A stretch of 64,000 nt of DNA from contig JBGAJQ010000007.1 of NCBI GenBank assembly GCA_044224875.1, forward strand, positions 57,517 through 121,516. The letters are read 5' to 3'. Under the pieces are notes generated by a model. It was not told where the DNA came from. It saw only the letters and a list, made by a program, of their open reading frames with translations, and did not search any database. Positions within the stretch are counted from its first letter, which is position 1; each line of letters begins with the position of its first letter. Positions 38,020 through 46,585 of this stretch are shown here, one piece after another. A program made the translations under genes and the position numbers. Origin of the DNA: Gemmatimonadaceae bacterium. GTDB taxonomy: Bacteria; Gemmatimonadota; Gemmatimonadetes; Gemmatimonadales; Gemmatimonadaceae.

Positions 38020-39030
38020 GGGTGTCGCGGGGCGCCCGATCGCGTCGCTGCACGATTCGCGAGAGGAGCTGACGGGGCACGGTGTACGCCGGCGGCTTCC
38101 ATCCGCTCCGCTCGATCGGCGACAGTCCGCCATCGGCCGGCCGGAGGGCGACGGATACGTCATCGGGAGCACGGCATCCGCGGCCGTGATCACCTTCTCC
38201 CAGTTCTGTCCGATGCCGACATCGTCGTCCAGGTGCGTGACCAGCCCAAACACGTCCGCCGTCACCGGTGCCTCGAAGGCGCGCAGTTGCTCCTTGGAGT
38301 ACAGGATGAAGTCGCGGATGTTCTCGGCGTGCGGAACGTTGTTGCTGCCGGGGTACGTCATGACCGTCCGCATGCGTGCCGTGACGTCGGGAAAGCGGAC
38401 GTAGTCCCACTGCAACTCGGAGAAGCCCATCTCCAGCGCCTCGCGGGCGATCGCGATGTTGTAGTCCCACACGCGGTGGTCGTATGGGTTTACCCACGCG
38501 CCGCCCTTGTTGTCGCGCCACACGCCGCCGTTCACATGTCGAATCGCGAACTCCGGCTTGCGTTCAGCAAGCATGCGATCCTTGAAGACAACGATTCGAG
38601 CGATCGGATAGATCTGGTGGGCGTGCAGTGTGTCGAGCAGCTCCGGCATCCAGTTCGTTGCCGGTCGCTTGTCGGCGCCGATCTCGCGTGCCAGCGGGAT
38701 CACTGTGCCTGTATAGGCGAGATACGTGTCCGATTCCTTGACGTCGATGACGAACGCATTGATCTCGGTGGCGTCGGCGATGCGGATCAGGTCGCGCATG
38801 CGGGTCCGCGAGCCGGCGGCCCACGCATTCACGTACAGCGCGCGCACCGAGTCGGGATGCGGCACGCGGCGCGCGCGCCACGCCGGGACCAGATCCTGGC
38901 GGGCGCTGGATGCAGCTGACGAATCGGGTGGACTGGCAGCGCCTTTCTGGGCGGCGGCCCCACCGCCGCATGCGCACAAGCATACAGCCCCACCGACCAC
39001 GAGGTGGCCGAGCAAACGACGTATGACCAT
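38006..39030 (-). pseudogene. DUF4015 putative glycoside hydrolase lipoprotein, apparently internally deleted and frameshifted near 38150
   Basis: NAFVIDVK, ARIVVFKD, ELQWDYVRFP, ADVFG, PMTYPS, then similarity ends; a plausible tail (ALRPADGG...) lies in another frame. Confidence 0.7.
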
Positions 39031-39145
39031 GAATAGCGTGAGGGGAGAAGGCGAGGGCCCACGCGCGCGATACCGCGGTGCTGGCCGTTAATAGTAATGA
39101 CGGCTCAACGCCGTTGCTGCCGCACGTCCGGTTCGTCGCCGGCAG

Positions 39146-39583
39146 CTACTTGGGGAGGGGTGCGCCTTCAATCAAGAAGGGTATCGCGGTCGCCTCGCCA
39201 CCCCTCAGTGCCCACGCGTCGGCTCGCGGTACGCTGCGTGCGGACGCGAGTGCCACAACCACGTGGAAGAACGGCCAGTCAGCCAGCATGCTGCGGTCCT
39301 GCAACGAGAGGCTCGTTCCACCCGCAGGATGTGAGTGCACCAGCGCCACCACGACCTGGCCCGACGCCTCGGCCTGCTTGAACACGCGGTACTGATCGTG
39401 CGGGTCCACGATGAACTCGCGGCCTTCCCTGACATTCCGCGCGGCCACAAACGTGTGCGCCGTTGCGGCGTCCGGGCCCAGGAAGAACCCGACGCCTTCG
39501 TTAGGCCATGCGTGGCGCAGGTGTTCGACGCCGCCTTCCCAGGCGTCGTGCGAAATAGTGAAGGCCAACGGTTGGTCAGGCAC
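39146..39583 (-). CDS. JAB/MPN+ (JAMM, M67) metallopeptidase
   Basis: PNEGVGFFLG and VHSHPAGGTSLSLQD (E...HxH-x7-S-x2-D); GTG start overlaps the upstream stop (GTGCCTGA). Confidence 0.9.
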   Translation of the reverse strand: MPDQPLAFTISHDAWEGGVEHLRHAWPNEGVGFFLGPDAATAHTFVAARNVREGREFIVDPHDQYRVFKQAEASGQVVVALVHSHPAGGTSLSLQDRSMLADWPFFHVVVALASARSVPRADAWALRGGEATAIPFLIEGAPLPK

Positions 39584-41141
39584 GGACGAATTGCATGTGG
39601 GCAGGGTCGGGACGGAAATGCGTGTCACCCCAGTGCTGCAGGCTCGACGACTCCGCCTGGCAGACCATGCGTCCCAGATGATCGCTTCGGTACACGCGGA
39701 GCCCTGCTTCGGGGGAGAACGTGCAGATGAACTCGGCCTCGCCGTCGCCCACCACGGTCATGGCGATTGGCTCAGCGTAACTCAGGTGCCCGCGGTCTGC
39801 CTGCCAGTCTGGCTCCAAGGTGTGGGCGTTCATTCGCATCAACAGTGGTGGGACGGCACGGATCTCGTCGTACCTGGCGAGACGGCTGCGGTACGCGCGC
39901 GCCACATGTCGCGGCAACAAGCGCGGCTGGAAGCCGGCAAACGTGCAGAACAGGTGTTGACCCGACGGGCTGCGCTCGATGTTGATTGGCAGCCAGCTGT
40001 GGCCTCGGGACGTCGCCGCGGGGTCGTAGGCACGCGAAAACGTTCGCACGTGATGAACGCCATTTCGACGTTCATAGCGCAAGACCACGCCGACGTTCAG
40101 CGGTTCCACCGTCATGCCGGCATAGTGCTCGGCAACGTCCCCCGGCCGCTCGCCATACACATTGATGCCGTGCGTCTCCTCGGCGACATCGGCTTCCTTG
40201 TAGTTGGCATACAGGACGAAGCCATCGCCGGATGTAGCGTCGACATCCAGGTGCGACAGGGCGAGTCCATCGATGTCCGACAAGCCGGGCAGGAGGCTGG
40301 CCTGCAGCTCCTGCGCCGTGTCGTCCAGCCGAGCGATCCAAATGGTGGACGGTGGCATGGGCGACACGCGGTGGTCTACCGCCCGATCGTGCGCCTGCAG
40401 GGACTCGAGCACTGCGCCGGTGCGCAACAGGCCCACGTATCGGCCGCCTCGCTCCTCGAAATAGAATGCTGAGTGAAAGTTGTGGCTCTCGGGGGCCGCA
40501 TCGTCGCGCGGAGGTTTCAGGCGCCAGGTGCGCTCTCGCCCTGTTGCTGCATCCAGTTCGACGAGGATCAGTGAGTCCGCATAGGGAAGCCCCCCACCTG
40601 CTCCGTGATGTAGCCGGGACTGATGGAAGTATGCTTTGGAGTGATCGAGGCTCCACGCAAAGTGCGATGATCCCGAGACGCGTGGGGCGCCTGGTTCCAA
40701 CTCGACATATCGCAAGACGCGCGTCGGCTGCCAGGTCGCGATGTCGAGCTCGAGGGGTGCGCCGAACAGGAGGTTGGTTGCCCAGAGCCGTCCCGAGCCG
40801 ATGTTGACGCCGTGATTCGGTTGCGTGGCGTACCCGTAGGCCGGGTCGCCGGCTCGAACGCTCATCTCGCGCGCGTCGTCCCGCAGGGGCCTGGGCAAGT
40901 TCGTGCCAAGTGGGTCGACTTCCAGCAGGGTGGCGGTGACGCGGCCGGGGTGGCCCGGCGCCAGGTCCAGTCGCAGCAGGTCGGTCTGCGAGTCATGCCA
41001 GCGAGCAAAGCGTGTGCGCTCCTTGTGCCGACGACTCATCGGCACAATCAGGGACCCCGCCAGCGTGGACGGCACCGATCCCCGAACGTACAGCTCAAAC
41101 GTGCAGAGATCGGTATGGGATGGAGCCAGGAACACGGCCAT
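39576..41141 (-). CDS. Divergent carotenoid-cleavage-oxygenase/RPE65-like non-heme iron beta-propeller
   Basis: ELYVRGSVPSTLAG, WHD, GRLWA..GAPLELD..T, four His contexts (SSHF, NFHSAF, LSHLD, terminal PAHMQFV), AEPI; GGAGG RBS. Confidence 0.65.
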   Translation of the reverse strand: MAVFLAPSHTDLCTFELYVRGSVPSTLAGSLIVPMSRRHKERTRFARWHDSQTDLLRLDLAPGHPGRVTATLLEVDPLGTNLPRPLRDDAREMSVRAGDPAYGYATQPNHGVNIGSGRLWATNLLFGAPLELDIATWQPTRVLRYVELEPGAPRVSGSSHFAWSLDHSKAYFHQSRLHHGAGGGLPYADSLILVELDAATGRERTWRLKPPRDDAAPESHNFHSAFYFEERGGRYVGLLRTGAVLESLQAHDRAVDHRVSPMPPSTIWIARLDDTAQELQASLLPGLSDIDGLALSHLDVDATSGDGFVLYANYKEADVAEETHGINVYGERPGDVAEHYAGMTVEPLNVGVVLRYERRNGVHHVRTFSRAYDPAATSRGHSWLPINIERSPSGQHLFCTFAGFQPRLLPRHVARAYRSRLARYDEIRAVPPLLMRMNAHTLEPDWQADRGHLSYAEPIAMTVVGDGEAEFICTFSPEAGLRVYRSDHLGRMVCQAESSSLQHWGDTHFRPDPAHMQFVRA

Positions 41142-41153
41142 GCGTCCTCCAGC

Positions 41154-41993
41154 CTAACGCTTCTTGGTGGCTCCCTCGGGTAAGACCTTCGGGCCACGCA
41201 CCCCTTGTTTCTGCGACTTGCCGTGGAATCGCCGCATATAATACCGGCGGCCACACACCTCCAGACGGCCCTCGCCGATCATTTCCAGGTATGGGTGCGA
41301 GAGCTTGGTGGGCTCCGTCGTCAGCAGCGTCTCCACATGCCACGTTTCCTTGGCGACGCCCCCGTACAGGGGCTTGTCCATCCACTCCAAGGCGCGGGTC
41401 GGGAATTCCATGTGCATCGTCGCCGCCAGCATCAACGCCGGCGCGTTGTCCTTGAGCGACGGGATCGCCGGCATGAACTCCACGTTGTGGACGATCTTGC
41501 CCGCCGCGAACTGGCTGCGCATCGCTTCGAACCCGGAGGGAAAGAGCCCCACTTCGTGAAGCGCCGCATAGAAGATCAGGTCGCGGGGCTGATAGAAGTT
41601 CGTGACGTTGTGGAGATCGGCTTGCTGCGCTGGTCCGTACTTCCGGAGCGCCTCCACGGAGTCCATCAGGTTCCCGCCGAGCTGACGATTCACCTCATCG
41701 ACGATCCCGGAGGTGTCCGTCTTGAACGTCGCCCGCGCGTGCTCGGGACCCATCAAGTGGAAGTTCGTGCCGATGCCGGCGATGTAGAGCCGACCTACGC
41801 GCGTCTGGCGGACGCCGTCGAAGATGACGACGATCTCCTTTCCGACCACGTCGCAGGCAGCGGAGCGTCCGAACAGTCCGGGGACCTGACCAAAGTCCCA
41901 GCCGGCCTGTGCCAGCTTGTTGGTGGTGCGTTCAGCTATTTCGATGCGCTTGAGAAAATCGGGGCCCTCGACCGAGAGCGGGTTCATGGCCAT
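41154..41993 (-). CDS. Hypothetical 279-aa protein, possibly NTF2/SnoaL-like with an insertion
   Basis: Strong GC3 codon bias; fold guess from helix + D..V..LF...A, G.EAMR..F and terminal strands. Confidence 0.75.
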   Translation of the reverse strand: MAMNPLSVEGPDFLKRIEIAERTTNKLAQAGWDFGQVPGLFGRSAACDVVGKEIVVIFDGVRQTRVGRLYIAGIGTNFHLMGPEHARATFKTDTSGIVDEVNRQLGGNLMDSVEALRKYGPAQQADLHNVTNFYQPRDLIFYAALHEVGLFPSGFEAMRSQFAAGKIVHNVEFMPAIPSLKDNAPALMLAATMHMEFPTRALEWMDKPLYGGVAKETWHVETLLTTEPTKLSHPYLEMIGEGRLEVCGRRYYMRRFHGKSQKQGVRGPKVLPEGATKKR

Positions 41994-42134
41994 TCAATAC
42001 TGCCACCCGCCGGCAATAGGCCTGTAGTCTCGCGTTAGCCACGACGCAAACTCGGGGTCCGATTCCAGGAGCTCGCGATGTGTGTCCTCGTATTCGCGAA
42101 CGAACGACGCCAACGGGAATGACGCAGCCTGCAT
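41994..42134 (-). CDS. 46-aa small peptide, candidate RiPP precursor (MQAASFPLASFVREYEDTHRELLESDPEFASWLTRDYRPIAGGWQY)
   Basis: Translated by hand; GGGAGG 6 nt before the ATG; TGA directly abuts the next ATG. Confidence 0.75.
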   Translation of the reverse strand: MQAASFPLASFVREYEDTHRELLESDPEFASWLTRDYRPIAGGWQY

Positions 42135-42356
42135 GACGCACCTCCCAGGTGGGGACGACGCGTCCATAATAGTCGCGACTTCGCACCGCGCCAGACGTGC
42201 GCGGCTGCAACACCTTACCGTGCCGCTCGCGCCTCAGCTCGACGGGCTCAGCTGAAAGACCGCGTCAATTGTGAAGGATCGTGCCGTGTCGGTCGGTGCG
42301 GTTGAGCCGTTCCTGATTCATGGCTGGTGAAGCGAATCGCGCCAGCGCGGCTGCAA

Positions 42357-42551
42357 CTATTCGTTCGCGTCCGGCGTCGCGTGGTTCGCGTCCTGCGTCG
42401 CATCCGCCCCATCGTCGGATGTGGTGTCAGCTGCGTCGGCATCTGGCCGGTTCTTCCGAAGCAGGCGCTGTTCACGTTTCGCCTCCTTCTTCGCCTTCTT
42501 CTCCGCTTCCCGGCGACGCTTTTCGAAGTCGTAGTTGGGCTTTCGAGCCAC
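42357..42551 (-). CDS. Small charged protein (RKPNYDFEKRRRE...)
   Basis: GTG start; basic coiled coil then acidic tail; KPNY.FEKR motif recalled from small hypothetical proteins. Confidence 0.7.
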   Translation of the reverse strand: MARKPNYDFEKRRREAEKKAKKEAKREQRLLRKNRPDADAADTTSDDGADATQDANHATPDANE

Positions 42552-42814
42552 GTGTGAGTCCGTTTGGGTGAGGACGAGTCGTGTGGAGCTAGCGCGCGGC
42601 CAAAACTCGTCCCTTGTCACCAGGCGGCGCACCCTCAAAATCTAGTCGCGTGCCAGCCGCCTTGTGAGCAACCAACGCCTTCGGCGACCCATTCGGGCGC
42701 GATGGGGCGCACGAACCCTCAGCGGCCAGCCCCAGTTGTTCGTTTTGACCATGGTCCCGGGAAGTTTTCGGCGGTTCGCGCTGCCTCTCGCCCTCACACA
42801 CACCCACACCTGTC

Positions 42815-45800
42815 ATGCTCCATCGCATCTTCCTACCCTCACTGTTCCTCCTGGTGGGACTGACCGCACCGGCCCGCGGACAGGAGACGCTCCTCCTGCG
42901 ACAACCGTCCGTTAGCGAACGCCACATCGCGTTTGCTTACGCCAACAACATCTGGATCGTGGATCGATCGGGCGGTCTGGCGCGTCGCCTGACGTCGTTT
43001 CAGGGAGGGTCGTCCAATCCCAAGATTTCACCCGATGGGCGTCTGGTGGCCTTCACGGGCACGTATGGCGGGAATGCCGACGTCTACACCGTGCCGGTCG
43101 AGGGGGGAGAGCCAATGCGCCTAACGTGGCATCCGACTGGGGACGTGGTCACCGGTTGGACGCCGGACAGCAAGCGGGTTGTGTTCGCAAGTGGTCGGCA
43201 GACCCACGCACCGAATCCCGTGCCCCGTTTCTGGACGGTGTCGGTCACTGGCGGGGCGGAAGAAGCCATGCCACTGCCGCGGGCCTTTCAGGGCCACATC
43301 AGCCCAGACGGTGCGCGCGTGGCCTATCGCATGGCGAGTTCATGGGACGACGAACGCCGGAACTACCGCGGTGGCCAGAACAAGCCAATCTGGATCGTCG
43401 ACCTCAAGTCCTTCGCATTGGACACGGTGCCGCGTCCGCTCAACTCGAAGGAGCTAGATCCCGCCTGGCTGGGCGATGATGTGTACTTCATCTCAGACCG
43501 GGACGGGGTCCAGAATCTCTATCGGTATGCCACAACCACCCGACAGGTAGCTCAGGTTACGCACTACCGGGACTTCGATGTGAAGACCATGGATGCCGGC
43601 GCGGGGGCCGTGGTGTTTGAGCAGGCGGGCCGCATTCATCTGCTGGACCCCAAGACGGGTAAGGATGCACCGGTGTCAATCACCGTGAGGGCCGACTTTC
43701 CGTGGATCATGCCCCAGTGGAAAGACGTCACCACGCGCATGACGAATCTCGCCCTGTCGCCGACCGGAAAGCGGGCGCTGGTGGAAGCGCGCGGAGAGAT
43801 CTTCACCGTTCCCGCGGAAAAGGGCGACGTTCGCAATGTCACGCATTCGAGCGGCTCGGCCGAGCGCCTACCGGCTTGGTCGCCGGATGGACAATGGATC
43901 TCCTGGTTCAGCGATGCGTCTGGGGAATACAAGATGGTGATCGAGGCACAGGACGGGGTGTCCAACCCGCGTTCGATCGATTTGCCTGGGATGAGTTTCC
44001 CGTACACGGCGTCGTGGTCGCCGGACTCTCGCAAGATCCTGTTCCACGACGTCGGGTTGAAGCTGTGGGTGGTGGATGTGGCGACCGGTGCAACTCGGAA
44101 ACTGGACGGTGATCACTTCATGGTGCCGGAGCGATCGTTGAACCCCGTGTGGAGTCCAGACAGCAAGTGGATCGCGTTTTCGCGCCGGCTTCCGTCGCAC
44201 TTCCGCGCGATCTTTGTGACCAACGTGGAAACCGGTGACGAACACCAGCTCACCGACGGACTGGCCGACGCGACGTCGCCGGCCTGGGACGCCAACGGGA
44301 AGTACCTGTGGTTTCTCGCCAGCACCAACTTTGCGCTCCGATCGCAGTGGCTGGACATGACGAATTACGAGCGACCAAGAACCAACGCGCTCTACGTCGC
44401 CGTCCTCAAGTCGAGCGATCCGACCCCGTTCACCCCGGAAAGCGATGACGAACCAGCGACGCCTGTGTCGGGGAACACGCCGACACCGGCGGCGCCGCGC
44501 ACGGCGCCTTCCGTCAGCATCGACTTCACCGGCTTTGCTCGACGCATCCTGGCCGTACCGGGCGTCGCCGATCGCGACTACGCACAGCTGCGCGCAGGCG
44601 CCTCCGGCACGGTGTTCTTCTGGGAATCCATTCCAGAGACCGGCACGAGCGAGCGCCAGGCGCAGGGTGGCGCGCTTCATCGCTACTCCCTCAAGGACCG
44701 CAAGGCCCTTCAGTTCGCGAGTGGGGTGGCGCAATACACGGTGAGCGCCGACGGGAAGAAGCTGCTTTACCGAACGGGAGGCCCCCAAGGAGGTGGCAAC
44801 CTGTTCCTCGTCGATGCCACGGGAGCCACCGCGCCAGCCGCCGGATCCGGACGACTCAACGCCCCGCTCCGCATGTGGTGGGACGGCAAGGCGGAGTTCG
44901 AGCAGATCTTCGACGAGGCTCGGCGCAAGGTCCGCGACTATTTCTACGTTCCCAATCTCCATGGCAGCGATTGGCCGCGCGTCGTAACGCAGTACAAGCA
45001 GTTCCTGCCGTTCGTGGCGCACCGCGAGGACCTGAACTACCTCATGGACTGGATGGAGAGCGAAGTCGCGGTTGGGCACTCGTATGTGCGCGGGGGTGAC
45101 TTCCCAGACGTTCCGAACCCTTCAGTGGGCGTGTTAGGCGCGGACTTCACCGTCAACAACGGCAGATACCAGATCACGCGCATTTACGACGCGGAGAGTT
45201 GGAACCCCGACCTGCGCGCGCCGCTTGCGGAACCCGGAATCGATGTCAAGGTCGGCGAGTATCTGATGGCCGTGAATGGGCAGGAGCTGCAGGGCACCGA
45301 CAACGTGTACCGACTGCTGGATGGAACAGCCAACCGTCAGACAGTCATTACCGTGAACGGCCGCGCAAGCATGGACGGCGCACGACAAGTGACGGTCGTT
45401 CCGGTGGAAAGCGACCAGGGACTGCGAACGCGCGCGTGGGTCGAAGGGAATCGCCGACTGGTTGATTCGCTCTCAGGCGGGAAGCTGGCGTACCTGCACC
45501 TGCCCAACACGGGTCAAGGCGGATACGTCGCGTTCAACCGCTACTACTTTGCGCAGCAGGACAAGCAAGGGGCAGTGGTCGATGAGCGCTACAACGGGGG
45601 CGGATCGGCGGCAGATTACATCATCGAGTTGCTCAGTCGCGATTTCGACGGCTACTTCAACAACCCCGTCGCTGACCGCGTGCCGTTCACCAGTCCGTCA
45701 GCTGGGATCTGGGGCCCGAAGGTGATGATCATCAACGAAATGGCGGGTTCGGGCGGCGACCTGATGCCGTACATGTTCAAACGCCGCAAGATCGGTCCCC

Positions 45801-46099
45801 TGGTCGGCGTTCGTACCTGGGGTGGGCTGGTGGCCACGTCCGACCAAGCGCCCTTTGTCGATGGCGGTGGGCTCGTAGCGCCACGACTTGGCTTCTTCGA
45901 CCGCGAAGGGAAGTGGGCGGTGGAGAACGAAGGCGTGACCGCGGACATCGAGGTGGAGAACTTTCCGAAGGACGTCATCGCCGGGCATGATCCACAGCTC
46001 GAACGCGCGGTGTCCGAGGCCCTGCGCTTGCTCAAGGAACGTCCGGTCGCGCTGAAGAAGGAGCCGGCCGGCGCTACGTGGGGGAAGCGAACGCCGTAG
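42815..46099 (+). CDS. Tricorn-type S41 protease
   Basis: Signal peptide, LLRQP, two propellers (WSPD), NYRGG, PDZ, DERYNGGG, AGSGGD, RTWGG, ENEGV. Confidence 0.95.
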   Translation: MLHRIFLPSLFLLVGLTAPARGQETLLLRQPSVSERHIAFAYANNIWIVDRSGGLARRLTSFQGGSSNPKISPDGRLVAFTGTYGGNADVYTVPVEGGEPMRLTWHPTGDVVTGWTPDSKRVVFASGRQTHAPNPVPRFWTVSVTGGAEEAMPLPRAFQGHISPDGARVAYRMASSWDDERRNYRGGQNKPIWIVDLKSFALDTVPRPLNSKELDPAWLGDDVYFISDRDGVQNLYRYATTTRQVAQVTHYRDFDVKTMDAGAGAVVFEQAGRIHLLDPKTGKDAPVSITVRADFPWIMPQWKDVTTRMTNLALSPTGKRALVEARGEIFTVPAEKGDVRNVTHSSGSAERLPAWSPDGQWISWFSDASGEYKMVIEAQDGVSNPRSIDLPGMSFPYTASWSPDSRKILFHDVGLKLWVVDVATGATRKLDGDHFMVPERSLNPVWSPDSKWIAFSRRLPSHFRAIFVTNVETGDEHQLTDGLADATSPAWDANGKYLWFLASTNFALRSQWLDMTNYERPRTNALYVAVLKSSDPTPFTPESDDEPATPVSGNTPTPAAPRTAPSVSIDFTGFARRILAVPGVADRDYAQLRAGASGTVFFWESIPETGTSERQAQGGALHRYSLKDRKALQFASGVAQYTVSADGKKLLYRTGGPQGGGNLFLVDATGATAPAAGSGRLNAPLRMWWDGKAEFEQIFDEARRKVRDYFYVPNLHGSDWPRVVTQYKQFLPFVAHREDLNYLMDWMESEVAVGHSYVRGGDFPDVPNPSVGVLGADFTVNNGRYQITRIYDAESWNPDLRAPLAEPGIDVKVGEYLMAVNGQELQGTDNVYRLLDGTANRQTVITVNGRASMDGARQVTVVPVESDQGLRTRAWVEGNRRLVDSLSGGKLAYLHLPNTGQGGYVAFNRYYFAQQDKQGAVVDERYNGGGSAADYIIELLSRDFDGYFNNPVADRVPFTSPSAGIWGPKVMIINEMAGSGGDLMPYMFKRRKIGPLVGVRTWGGLVATSDQAPFVDGGGLVAPRLGFFDREGKWAVENEGVTADIEVENFPKDVIAGHDPQLERAVSEALRLLKERPVALKKEPAGATWGKRTP

Positions 46100-46124
46100 A
46101 CTCCGGCGCCGCCGACCGAACGAC

Positions 46125-46158
46125 CTAACGACGCGAGCCTCCGTGCTCGCGTCGTTAG
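46125..46158. terminator. Hairpin between convergent genes
   Basis: Perfect 14-bp inverted repeat CTAACGACGCGAGC/GCTCGCGTCGTTAG. Confidence 0.7.
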
Positions 46159-46400
46159 TCGTTGTGGCTCTTCTCGTATCGAATCTGCTCTTGCACCCGT
46201 TCGTGGCCAGCCGCCTTGTCGCGCTTGCGGGCGGCATCCATGGCCAGTGCCTGCGTCGTCTCGGACTTCACGCGGGGGAGGGAGATCAAGCGCTCCAGCT
46301 CCGTACTCGCGCACGCCGGACACGCGGGCACCTGCGCGCCGCGCACGAGGGTCTCAAACGAATGGCCGCATGACTGACAGGTGAATTCGAAGATAGGCAT
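46155..46400 (-). CDS. FmdB-family zinc-ribbon protein
   Basis: MPIFEFTCQSCGHSFE...CPACAS..LERLIS. Confidence 0.9.
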   Translation of the reverse strand: MPIFEFTCQSCGHSFETLVRGAQVPACPACASTELERLISLPRVKSETTQALAMDAARKRDKAAGHERVQEQIRYEKSHND

Positions 46401-46585
46401 GCTCGCGCGATCGCTCCGGCGATTGGGTCCTGCCTCGAACATAACGCCGCGAGCGAGTCGCGAGGAATCCTGCGTCTGTCCTTGCTTGTGACGTCCGCGG
46501 ACACGCGCCACATTGGCGACACACCACGTGCCCCGGTTTGCTCGCCGGCGCGCGTTCGCAACCTCGTCCGACTTGGGGTGACTCC

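Noticed and set aside
37852..38150. C-terminus of the 392-aa ORF as translated
   Set aside because: Out-of-frame read-through overlapping the patatin gene by about 170 nt
39146..42134. CBASS/Bil-type anti-phage system suggested by the JAB domain
   Set aside because: No CD-NTase, E1, E2 or ubiquitin-like gene recognised
43868..45079. 403-aa antisense ORF and many similar long shadow ORFs
   Set aside because: Opposite well-supported genes; expected in GC-rich DNA with few stop codons
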